A stretch of 64,000 nt of DNA from Vitrella brassicaformis CCMP3155 (lineage: Eukaryota; Protista; Chromerida), in contig CDMY01000489.1 in the NCBI GenBank assembly GCA_001179505.1, forward strand, positions 1-64,000. The letters are read 5' to 3'. Positions 11,963 through 23,666 of this stretch are shown here, piece by piece. Every line of letters begins with the position of its first letter. The stretch's first letter is position 1. A model generated the notes under the pieces. That model searched no databases. It had not been told where the DNA came from and saw only the letters and a list, made by a program, of their open reading frames with translations. A program made the position numbers and the translations under genes.

Positions 11963-13378
11963 CGAAGGCGACCCGCCCATCTATCCATCTGTCGAGACGT
12001 CCGCCACACAGCCCTCCCCGGCGCCGTCACGGCTCGCCATGTTCCCCATGCCACCACAGGATTAATGCCATTCACTCGGCACTGGAAGACGACCGCGACG
12101 CCATCCACACCATGGCTGCATGACTGGGGAGCTGGACCAGATGCTGACGTGCCTGGCACTGAGCCCCCTGCGCCCGCTGGCAACCAACACAATGCACATG
12201 GAAGCGGTGGTGGTGGCCTGGCCCTCAGGGGCGGCGCTGGTGGCAGTGGTGATGGTGGCCACATCGATGGATGTGGTGTGGATGACCATGAGGGTAAGGA
12301 GGACGATGACGATATCAACGCAGCAGTGGTGCAGCCTGCGCCAAGATGCTCTTCACCCCCCACTTCACACCCCTCGCCCCACAGCTCTACGGATACCCCC
12401 CTGTCAACAGCACCGCCCTCTCCCTCACTCATCGACTCCAGGAGAGCGGCATACTGGGTGGGGGCAACAAGGAGGCCGGTGGGGTGCTGTCCGGGGGATA
12501 GGCATTCTGGCGGGTGGGGCTGAGACCGACACACCCATATCACCTGCAACGGCGACAGAGCAGCAACTGCTGGTGAAGAAGAACGACGAGTTTGCCATAG
12601 CGGATGGCCCGTGACCGCACCCATCGGGACGACGGTGGCGCTTGAGTGGTGGAAATGGGTCATGGTAGAGGAGTTGTCCGAGGGACATCAGCAAGGGCGG
12701 ATGGAGCGACTCTGTGCGTGTGCGACACGCCGACCGGCTGGACAACGTGAGCGGCTGCCGCCGCATCCTATATCCACTGTCGGCCGTGTGAGGCGCAGGC
12801 GGCGTCTCTGCTGACGGTTGCTGACATCCCTCGCCGTCCGACCCTCAATCGACGCACATCTGGAGGCATCCCACCCGTCCGCCCACCCACACACACATCG
12901 GCGGCATGGAGCACACCTGCCTCACGGACGCGATGGGGGTCCTCTTCGCGGTCGGCGTGGGGGTGGTGGGAGAGATCGAGTTCGAGACGATGATGCCCCT
13001 GGAGGAGCTGACGACAGCCGATAGATGCATGAGGGGCGGGGCGGGGCGGTGGGGCAGTGCACACGTGTGGGCAGGTGTGGCGCTCGTTTACATCCTGCCT
13101 GTTGGTGACGTGTGTTGGCCGGGACGATGGCTGATGTGACGTGTGTGTGTCTATGATGCATTGCACTGAATTCGTTGGACAGACCAGCCGACTCTGACCA
13201 TCTGCGTGTGTGCGGTCTTTCAGGTTGCTCATGTACTTGCATCCTTGGTTTGTATGTATCGACAGATGCGGTCGGTCTCACACACTCCACCCACCGGCCG
13301 CGGTGACACACCCACTGACGCCAGGGTGCCCAGTACGTGAACACCACTCACCACGCAATCACTGAGCCACTCGTCACA

Positions 13379-14777
13379 TCATTTCTTCTTGAGGGTGATC
13401 TTCATCTTGGCCTTTGGCTTGGCTGCGGCCGCCTTGGGCTGTCCCGCAGCGGCCGATACACCAGCAGCAGCAGCAGCAGCAGCAGGTGCCCCGTTCTCAT
13501 CAGGGACCGTAAAGACCGATCCGTGATGCACGCCATACGATCGATCGTACTCCTCTTGCCAGCCTGTAGGACACACAGAGAGAGATGGTTGGCTGACGGC
13601 GTCGTGTGTGTCATGCATTCATGATCTCATTCATCTCACCTTCAAGCTGAGTGTGGATGCCGTGGCTCTTCGCCAGCCCGACGGGCGTCTCGCCTCGTGT
13701 GTTGGCGTCCGTCACTTTCAGGCCCTGACAAGACAAGAGATCAAATCAGAGTGAGTCGCGTCGCCCTGCATCCCTGCCGTCTTCGTGGGGACCTTCTGGA
13801 TGAGTGTGTGGCAGCACTCTGACGCACCAGCCCTCTGCAACAGACATCCATGCCGCCAGTTGTCACAACAGCACGCTGGTCCTCGTGTGTCCTATGGCCT
13901 CACCGCCGCCCAATGAAGAGCGCTGTCCCCACTCTGGTACCATGCCACACAACACACAATTGGATGGCTGGACGGATGGATGGGTGGGTGGATGGATGGT
14001 CGTGTCCGTCAGGTTGGCCCAGTTCACTTACCTTTGTTTTCTTGCTGACGTCACATTTGGGATTGGTTATCGCCAAGGAAAGAACGTCTCCTTGACCGCT
14101 GAAAGAAAGAACCAGCAACCAACCATCGTCACTATCACGAACCACGGCTGCGTGCGGCTGTGGCGTTTGCTCACTGCTGGCACATCCAGTGGAGGGGCGT
14201 GCGTCCCATGGCGTCGCTGGGCGAAGGATCGACGCCTGGCGCCCTCAGAAGGACTGATGCGCTCTCACTCTCACCGTGCTGACAGGACCTGCAGGAGAGG
14301 CACCCAAGACACGCGAACACAGCATCGTCTGACGGCCTGGCGCCGGCTGCATATGTAGACGGTACATACCAGTGGAGGGGCGTCTGCATCTGTGGGTCAG
14401 GGATGTTGGCGTCGGCACCGTGCTCCACCAGCCAGGCTGATGGATGGATGACATGACATACACCATATGTATACGACGGGAAGATGCACACACAGTTCCT
14501 CTCTTTAGTGGACAGCTCAGCCCACCTATCGTCGATGCAGGCCTCTTCTCTCGCGCACTCTCACACAAGGCCGTGAACCCTGAAACAAACAGAGAGAAGG
14601 GCAACAGACAAACAATGAATCTCTCAGATCTCTCAGATCACTCACATACTGCAGTGGCATGCCGTGAATTGGCCGCTCACCTTTGTCGTCGAGGTCATTT
14701 ATGTGCTCAACTACGCTTGTCAGATCAGCCTCCAGCTCCTCAAGCTGGCCCGTCGCTGCCGCCTGCCGTAGCAGCAT
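13379..14777 (-). CDS. Ankyrin-repeat protein, multi-exon
   Basis: LRQAAATGQLEEL, INDLDDKGFTALCESA, WLVEHGADANIPDPQMQTPLHW, VDPSPSDAMGRTPLHWMC, GLKVTDANTRGETPV; Ala/Lys-rich tail ending KITLKKK*. Confidence 0.88.
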
Positions 14778-14997
14778 CGCCTGGGACAGATTAATGAGAT
14801 CTCGTCAAGCAAATCACAATGCCTTATTGTAGGCTGCTTGGGCTGCTCCTGGAATGCTCCAAAGCGGGAGATCGCTGGCGGCAAATGCGAGCTTGACCGC
14901 GAGCTTACAGAGGCAGGAAGCGGAGATCTTCTTTGGGTGCCCTCAGCCTTGAGAATGGAGTAGCCTCACCGCCTCACCCCGCCGCCCTCGTGTTTGC

Positions 14998-17335
14998 ATG
15001 AGAATGCAGCTGCTTCACTCACCTGCTCTGATCTCGCTTGCCATCGTTGTCGCCTGCATCCTCCCTCTGCCAGCTGTCGTCCTCGCATCGGTCCTCGCCC
15101 AATCCGCGCACCAGCACACCCATCTCCCACTCACCTTCATCCCACAGAAGCAGCGAAGAGGAAGACGCTCTCGTCGCACATCCAGGCGCAACAGCAGCAG
15201 CAGCAGCATCAGCGAATCCGACATGAGACGCCGACCCACATCTATCCCCGCCCCCCTTTGGCAATCGATGCTCTCCTCCGCTACACAGGGCTTTATCGCG
15301 CCCATGGCGACGAGAAGGCAGTTGTCTTCCTCGACGAGGAAGCCCCTGTTTGTGCCGCCGTCAGTGTCCAAGGTCATCCAGAAGATATCCATCCGCGATG
15401 GGGCCGGGGCAGAGTCCGAGGCGCGCATCGCCTCCCGGCTGTCGGAGCTGAGCTACCAGAGTGAGGGTGCTCCTGTGACGGCCGAGGTGCAGGAGGGAGG
15501 CGCCAGCGCATCGGTGGTGGCCAGGCCGACGTATGACGTGCTCAACCCACCACCTGGACCATCGCCATTTGACCAGGTAGGTACCAGAGGCTGGCTGCGA
15601 TCTGATCTGTCGATTGATTCATCGATGGGTGGGGTGGATGGATGGATGGTGGCCTTGCGTGGCGTGCAGGTGAAGGATGAGTTGGACATGCTGGCGGACG
15701 ACGTGCGGGAGCTGGTGGACACGGACCACCCCGTGCTGAAGCTGGCGGCCTCGCACTTTTTCTCTCTGGCTAGTGGCAAGAAGTTCCGGCCCACCATAGT
15801 GATGCTCATGAGCCAGGCAGTGGAGCGCATCGGCGAGCCGAGAGATGAAGACGTCTACGAGAGGCAGAGGAGACTCGGACAGGTCAAGAGGGAAGCGAAC
15901 AACACAACACATCAGAGAGAGAGAGAGAGATAGGCATGGTGTGTGTGCTGTGCGGGTCAGATAACCGAGATGATCCACACTGCATCTTTGATTCATGACG
16001 ATGTGTTGGACGAGGCGGAGACCAGGAGGGGCAGCGACGCCGTGCACAAGCTATTCAGGTCAACCACACACCCCACACCACGGAACATACCCACCCATGC
16101 TATGCCCCACACGAGTGTCCCTTCGTTCTCTTCTCCTTCAGCAACAAAGTTGCTGTGTTAGCTGGCGATTTTCTCCTCGCACGTGCGTCCGTCCTGCTGG
16201 CCAGACTGGGAAATGGTATGTATGCCAGTGAGTGGCATCCTCCCCCACACGTGCCTCTGCTGTCGGTTCGGTGGCCGCATCTCACCCCACCCCTCTCTCT
16301 TTGCTTGCTGCTGTGGTGTGCCTGTCTGTCAGTTGAGGTGGTAGAGGTGATGGCGACCGCTTTGGATGCGCTGGTGACTGGCGAGGTCATGCAGGCCAAG
16401 GCGCAGCCCACTGACCTTGAGTCATTCGACTGGTATGCACAGCACAGCACACAGGCAGACAGACAGACAGACAGAAACATGTGGATGGACTGATGACTCA
16501 CTCGTGTGGCTTGACTGCCTGCGTGTGTGTGTGTGTGTAGGTATGTCCGAAAGTCTTATTTCAAGACTGCCTCGCTCATCGCATGCAGCTGCAAATCAGC
16601 CGCACTCCTCAGTCAGCATGAATGACCACACTCACGGCACGGCACGGCACACCACACCACTGAGGGATTCTTGCCTGCCTGAGCCATCCGTGTCGGGTTC
16701 CGTCCTGTTTGCCTTCTCACTGCCTTGCAGGTGGTTATGGGCAGGAGAGCGAGGAGGTGATAGCTGCCGAGAAGTTCGGCTACCACCTCGGCCTCGCCTT
16801 CCAGATCGTCGACGACCTCCTCGACTTCACACAATCAGCTGACCTCCTCGGTGAGCCAGCCATTCAACGAGCGAGCGAGCCAGCCTGCACCGCACCAAGC
16901 ACACATCTATCTGTGTGTGTGTGTGTGTGTGTATTGATTTGATATATGTCAGGGAAGCCAGCTCTGTCGGATCTGAAGAATGGCCACGCGACGGCTCCCA
17001 TCTTGTATGCGGCCGAGGAGTACCCCGAGATGGGCCCGTTGATACGGAGGCGGTTCAAGGACAAGGGCGACGTGCAGACCGCACACAAACTGCTCAAACA
17101 GTCATCGGTCAGTCAGTGCCACACATGGGGAAGGGCAGAGGTCTGGTGACGGATCGGATACCATTCTGCCTGCCGTCCTTGCCTTGCGTGTGGTGTGCAG
17201 GGTCTGGAGAAGACCCGTGAGCTGGCTCTCTGGCATGCGAGTCAGGCTGTGGAGTGGCTGTCGAGCTTCCCCGACACCCCCGCCAACCAGGCCCTCGTCA
17301 GGCTCACCACCCAAGTCATCACACGCATCAAGTAA
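14998..17335 (+). CDS. SPS: Trans-polyprenyl (solanesyl/geranyl) diphosphate synthase with N-terminal signal + transit peptide (likely plastid)
   Basis: [27 protein letters not shown] (FARM), [38 protein letters not shown] (SARM), [16 protein letters not shown]. Hydrophobic leader followed by an R/S-rich region. Confidence 0.95.
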
Positions 17336-18399
17336 AGTGACCGACGGGCGTGGCGTGTGGTACCTGTGGTGGTCTGCCTGCCTGCCTGCCTGCCTACCTG
17401 GATGCCGTGTGCTGCCTGCGAATGAAGTGCAGTCGGTCGGTCGGCGCTTGTGTTATCTTTTTGGGCGGGGAGGGAGGGAGGGCGGGCGAATGGATGGGCA
17501 CACGAGTGTGGGTGAATGGATGGATGGATGGATGGACGAGACGAGTGGGTGCGTGACGTGAAGGGGCAGACAAGGCAAGGGCATTGTGGTTGGTTGGTGT
17601 ACATATCACTCACTCACTCTCTCACTCTCACGGCCAGCCAACCTTGGTTGGGCTCGGTTGGTTGCCTTATTGTGCTGTGCTGTGCTCTCAACACGACAGA
17701 CACACTGATGTTGGTTGAGGTTTTGTGACTGAATGCATGGTCAATGGTGAGTGGTGAATGGTGGGCAGGTGCTATGCACGCCGTGATTCATCCATCCTTC
17801 CATCTATCTGTTTTTTCACTGTATAGACCCCCTGCATCCACATACTCGCTGGCTGCGTGAATGGCGCAATCGTTCGGACGGACACGTCGCGCTCTCCACA
17901 CACATACACACACACACATGCACACACACACGTGCACGACCAGCGTGCAGCGCGTTTGTGTGGGCGTTAGAGCTTGGCGATGGCAGCCTGCCTGGTGTGT
18001 GCGTTGTCCGTCCGTTGTGTGGAGACTGAGTGTGAGCGCCTTGACGCGACAATGACTCGACTCAACTCAAGTGAACAGCATTGACAACGATCCGAGCTCC
18101 CTCCCTTTAATTAGTCCCTGCCCATGTATATCAGTCAATCAGGACACACACACACAAAAATAGAATACACCCACGTAACTAACGAAATGACGCGATAAAG
18201 CAGGCAGACAGGCAGGCAGGCAGGCAGACAGATAGAGAGGGAAGAGGCTCCTTCTTACAGCCATACACACCACACCCAGACACCCAGACACAGAGTAAGT
18301 ACGTCCCTCCCTGTAGCAATTCCTCAGCTACGTCACCTTGAGTACTCAAGTAAGCACACAGGCAGCGACGCAAAAACTGGCGTACAACGACAGGCACCA

Positions 18400-19265
18400 C
18401 ATGAATGCGATTCATCAGCCATGTCGGTTGCCACTCAGACAGACAGACAGACAGACAGACAGACAGGCTCTGTACAAGGACGGCAGGAAGGCAGGCAGGC
18501 AGGCAGGCAGACGTTGGCAGGTCCCGTTCCCCCCTCACCTGCACGCACACACACGCGCGCACACGCGCACACATGACGCGCACACGAGAACATATAGAAT
18601 CTTCCTGTGTGGGTGGGTGGGATGGCTCCCTCACTTGTTGCCCATGTCCAACACGTCTCGCTGGAGCTTGCGCATCAGCTCCTCACCCAGATCTACGCCC
18701 ACACTGTTGGCCCGCTCATGGTCACCTGTCCACACAAGCCAGACGCAGCCACACACACCGCATTGATGCGACGGCATTCGTTTCCACCTCCCACATTCTC
18801 ACCCAGCACTATGCCCTTCTTCTTGACGACGGCGTCGACAGCTACCATTGGCAGCTTGCCCACCTTGAGCAGCTCCTTCTCACGCCTGCACACACAACCA
18901 TGACAGAGACACGGGGGCCTAAGACCGTGGCTCTATCCATCCATCCATCTCACTTGGAGAGGCCGCACATGACCTCGGCCGCCACATACCCAAACCCAGG
19001 GTCGGTATGCAGCTGCTCCACATACTCGTCACGCTTGGCCCAGTCTTACACTACGGCGGCCTGCCAGGCGAGCCGCAACACACAAGGGAGAATCACATGC
19101 GGCCACATGTGCATCGCATTGCACATCAGATGCATCCTCGTGGGCCTGCCTGCTGCATGTGTTGGTCGGCGTCTGATCCATTGGCAGTGTCCTGCATGTC
19201 GGCCACCTTGCGCTTGCCCAGGCATCCCTTCATGCAGCTCATATCCGCTCCCACCGCCCGTGCCA
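18400..19265 (-). CDS. Small hypothetical protein, multi-exon (ends uncertain)
   Basis: In-phase exons DWAKRDEYVEQLHTDPGFGYVAAEVMCGLSK / REKELLKVGKLPMVAVDAVVKKKGIVLGENVG / GDHERANSVGVDLGEELMRKLQRDVLDMGNK, bounded by GT-AG. Confidence 0.5.
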
Positions 19266-19541
19266 TGAATCAACCCAGGAGAACACCAAGTTGCTAGCGA
19301 CGATGTGATCTTCGTTTGGAAGCGCTGCTCCCGACGGAGCGGTTTCACGGAATCCGATCCATTTGCGAGCTTTTTCATTTGCGGACGTTCCGAGAAGCGA
19401 GGCATCAGGTGCTCGCCGTCGATAAGCTGTGCTCTAAGATCTTGCCGGTTTTATCGAAGATCTGATGATGCGGTACCTCATGCTGGTTTCTGTGTCGTGG
19501 CTTGAAGAGAGGCGGTGATTGATTCATACGGACGCCTGGAG

Positions 19542-22500
19542 ATGAAGCCTCTCTACCCTCTTATCATCCCTCTGCTGCACATCTATGTGCATGCTGCCGA
19601 GCATCGACAAACCAGGCCGGCCTTCGTCGTCGCTCCCCTCAACCGTGTGTCGTCCGCTCCACCTCGTCAGCTCTATCCCCTCCCTCGGCTGCCAAATGAT
19701 GCCGTCACACACATGAGGTCCCTTCCCTCAGCCGCAGTGGAGGTGGATCTTCGCCGTGGCGCGTCAGCAGCTGTTGATCCGCTGTCAACCGACAGCCCGG
19801 TCAGGAAGGTGCGGCAGCGGGTCGTGGTCAAGCTGCCTGAGGAAACCAAGGACAAGGCGTACAGCGTCACTCGGCCATCGCGGGGCCGCCCGTCTTTGCC
19901 GTTGCATCGGTGCTCGAGTGTGGAGAGCCTGCTTGATCTGATTGGCGAGGCTGCGAACAGGACGTCACTGGACGCGCCCACTGTGTCGGCTGCCATCACC
20001 ACCCTCGCCCGACTGGCCACGTCGTCCCGCGAAGGCCGCAGAGGAGCTCATAAGTGGCTGAGTGATGCCCGTGTGGTGGACCTGATCGAGCGGCAGCTGG
20101 TGGAGCACCTGGACGACACGCCTCTCGACTTTGCCGGCAGCCGGGGATGTACACTGTTGTGGGCGCTGGGCATGCTGCAGTGGGACGACAGCAAGGTGCC
20201 GGACCGCCTCTCTGCTGAGGTGCTCGGAGATTTGGACGCCCTCAGCATCAAAGACATGACTCAGGCCACCATCGGCCTCGCAGCTATCCGCTCGGCCACC
20301 AGTAGATCACCGCCCTCTCGCAGGCGTCAGAGGCACGAAGGCATGTACATCGACCTGCTGCTCAAGCAGCTCTCTCAGAGGCTGGTCGACCACTGCCCGC
20401 CCGACGTCACAGATGCCATTGTCCAGACAGCCACGGCCCTGTCGAAAGCTGGTGTGCACAACGTCACTCTTGTCGGTCGGCTGGCGGGCCTGGCACTGCC
20501 CCACTTGACCCCCTCCCTCCCCACCAAGCAGCTGGGGATGCTGCTGTGGGCCATGAGTGTCATGAGCTACCCGGAGGGAGTGTCGCTGCCACAGGGCGGA
20601 TCCATGGGCGTCAGGCCCTGGCGATTCGAGCACGGCAAAGTGGTCGAGGAGCTGCTCGAGCGGATTGCCGAGTGGGGGGAGGGGAGGGACTGGGCAGCAG
20701 AGGACCCTGAGACTGTGGCGTGGGTGGTAGTTGGTGTGGGGCTGTTGGCCTGGAGGCACGACCTACACGGCAAGAAGAAGGGCTATGGACAAGGCAGCAG
20801 CGGCGCCACAAGCATGCTCATGGTAAGTAGGTATTGTACACTACACAGACTCGCGCGCGATTCCCCCTCCCTCGTTTACCTGTTTGCCATCAGGCATTCC
20901 TCGAGCGCGTCGGCGAGGAGGTCGACCTCTCACCATCACGGCTATCTGACCACGGCCTGAGCAACCTGCTCACCGGCCTCTCCAAGGCGTCCATCAGCCC
21001 CTCCTCCACAGCATGGGACCGAATCGCATCATCACTGCTCACGCGCCACCCATCCGACATCAAGCCATGGTGCCTCCTCGCCTGTCTTGTTGCCTTTGGC
21101 GAGAACGGCCGCGCGTCGCCACCTATCATCAGGGCGGCCCAGGAGGCTCTTTCTGAGAGGCTCCTGAGGGAGATCCACACGCTGCGCAGTCACGAGCTGT
21201 GCATGATTGCACGGAGCATGGCGCGGCTGCGGGTGCGGAACGGCCTGGTGATGGAGAGGATCGCCGCGCAGGCCACCCGGCTGCTGCGGATGGAGCGTCT
21301 GCAGCTGTGGGAGATATCGGTGCTGCTGTGGAGCTTCGCCATCCTGGAGTTCCGCCCGCGTGACTTCCTCGAGTGCAGCCTGGTGCACATGCTGCGTGAG
21401 TACCAGATGAGCGTCCCCGGGAGCGCCGCCTCCAGCCAGGTCAACCTCTACCACCTGGCCAGTGCCGTGTGGAGCTGCGCCAAGCTATTCCCCTTCGCCA
21501 GCAGTGATGCCGAGCAAGATGACCCTTATGAGGCAGAGGGTCTGGCTGGCAGTTCTGAGGGGCAGGGTGAGGATGGTAAGCAGTGGGTGCGTGAGCGTGA
21601 GGGTCGGGAGCCGCGGATGGACTGGCGGCTGGTGCGTCAGTTCATGGTCGACGCCATGAGGATATGCGCCGCCCGCATCGACGAACTCGAACCGTCGGTG
21701 AGAGAGATCAATGAGAGAGAACAGCCCTTGCACACAACACATGTCACACCGATTGCAATGCGATGCATGTGTGGGTATTGTGTGTGTGTGTTTAGCGTGT
21801 GGCGGCCATCGCGTGGGCGATCCTCAGTCTGCACGTTACGGCCAAGCCCCTTCTCGTCGCCATTGCCGGCCGCATCACGGCGGACCCAACAGCAGCAGCA
21901 CCCCTTCCCAGAAGCTCCCCCTACCAGGGCCCCCCGTTCCTGCGTCGGCTGGCCAACCGGCAGCTCGTCACACTTATGACCGCAATCACACGGGGCGGCC
22001 TCTTGCATGGAGCTGTTTGGGACGCATTTCGGCAAGAGATCCATCGCAGGGGCGTCGGGTCCTTCTCACCCAATGCGCTGGTCAACGTGGCGTGGGCCAT
22101 CAAGAATGGGGCTGTGTGTGTGGAGCGGAGGTGTGCCAAGAGGAGGAGGATGGAGTCAGATGGGGAAGGGCGTGGGGTGGCTGAGTGGAGGAAGGATGCC
22201 GATCTGCTGGTGTCTTTCGGTCGCGAGCTGTCGTGTGTTGTGAAGGAGGCGTCTCGGCGTGGGTTCCGCGACTTTGCGCCCCGTCGGCTGTGCATGCTGC
22301 TGCAGCTGGTGCCGTGGCTGCTCACCTGCTCGGCTGTGACCATCACCGTGCAGCAGCACAAGGGCGGCAACAGCCACAAGAGCAGCCATTGTGCTGATGA
22401 TGATGCGTTATCGTCTCTCCATTTCCCTCTATCGTTCATCAACGCCGCTCGCGAGTACTTTGCGCAGCGGAACAGGCACCTCAAGTCGACCAAGATAGCG

Positions 22501-23097
22501 GACCTCTACCTGAAGGCGCGGCCACTCCCACTCCCGCCAGAGCTCTTCTCCGACGCACTCGAGCTGCTCGAGATGGAGGCCAGACGAGTGGAACGGGGGA
22601 ATGATGGCGATGAGAGTGAGACGGCCGCAGATGCAACTGCAGAGAAGGCGACATTGGCCGCGTGTGCGAGTGGTGAGGACCCGTCGCACCAGCTGGCGTG
22701 GTCGAGCACGGTGTTCCTGGGTCAGATAGCGTCCGAGGTGCGGCGGCGGGTGCGGTCGTTCACGCCCTATCAGCTGGTGCTGCTGCAGGATACCTGCATC
22801 CAGCTGACAGCACAGATCGTCCAGCTGCGCCAGTGCCTCAGCACATCGTCGGCCGTGTCGTCAGTGCTGGGCAACTCCATCCTGGCGGCACTGACACAAG
22901 TGGTGCAGAAGACGGTGGATGGGCTGAGGGAGGAAAGCTATCGGCGGCTGGCGGCGATGAACAACAAGGATGTCGACAAGGAGAGGCGGAAAGATGCGCT
23001 GAAGCTGCTGACGGTTGAGCTGTCTGCTGAGGAGCTGCAGAGGGCCTTGGGGAAGGTGTCGAAAGTCATTGTGACTGTCAGATACAGAGAGAGATAG
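19542..23097 (+). CDS. Large alpha-solenoid organellar RNA-binding protein, OPR/HPR/FASTK-like repeats, with signal peptide
   Basis: Leader MKPLYPLIIPLLHIYVHA. Recurring helical units such as LSIKDMTQATIGLA, LPTKQLGMLLWAMS, LSDHGLSNLLTGLSK, LRSHELCMIARSMARL, LQLWEISVLLWSFAIL, FSPNALVNVAWAI and FTPYQLVLL. No clear RAP domain seen. Confidence 0.7.
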
Positions 23098-23289
23098 ATG
23101 GATTGATGACGGACGGACTGTTTGATCATCCCTGTGCCGGTCGAGACTGATACGGACAGACACCAGCGACGCACTGATAGAGACACACGGAAGGACGGTC
23201 CAGTTCAGAAGCAGCGTGTTTCTGTAAGGCCCGTGTCTAGCACATCGGTCCCATTTACGCGGCAACCCCATACGTGACATGCACACAGG

Positions 23290-23570
23290 CTTTGCACTGT
23301 CTGCAAATATAAAATGTGACTATCGATCATCTCCTCTTCGGGCACTATCATGTCAGCCTTCCTTTTCCTGGACCGTAATGCTTTGTCTCCCTCCTCACGA
23401 TGGGGCAGATGGATATGGGACTCATAGACGGATGGATGGATGGATGTGACACAGTACGTCCATACGAGATCCATTCTTGCTATCTTGCTCCTCGCTCTTA
23501 GCCTGGAGGGCGCCCGAGCGCCCCAGGCTCACAAAATCGCCCGATCTGCGACTGTTGAGATCCATCAGTC
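23290..23570 (-). pseudogene. Chimeric relic: 5' end of the glycosylase gene fused to a 3' fragment of the RING gene
   Basis: MDLNSRRSG...GRSGALQAKSEEQDSK matches the 6029 N-terminus. It is followed by PIVRRET / RSRKRKADMIVPEEE, which matches PIVTRET...RSRKRKAQDISEEE at 10375-10460, with a frameshift. Confidence 0.65.
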
Positions 23571-23666
23571 GTTTTTTTGGGGGGCCCGAGACTGTGGGCG
23601 TCTCAGAGAGAGGTTGTGAGTAATATTAGTGTGCGCGCGAGACTGAGCACGAGTGAGCGTGAGCCG

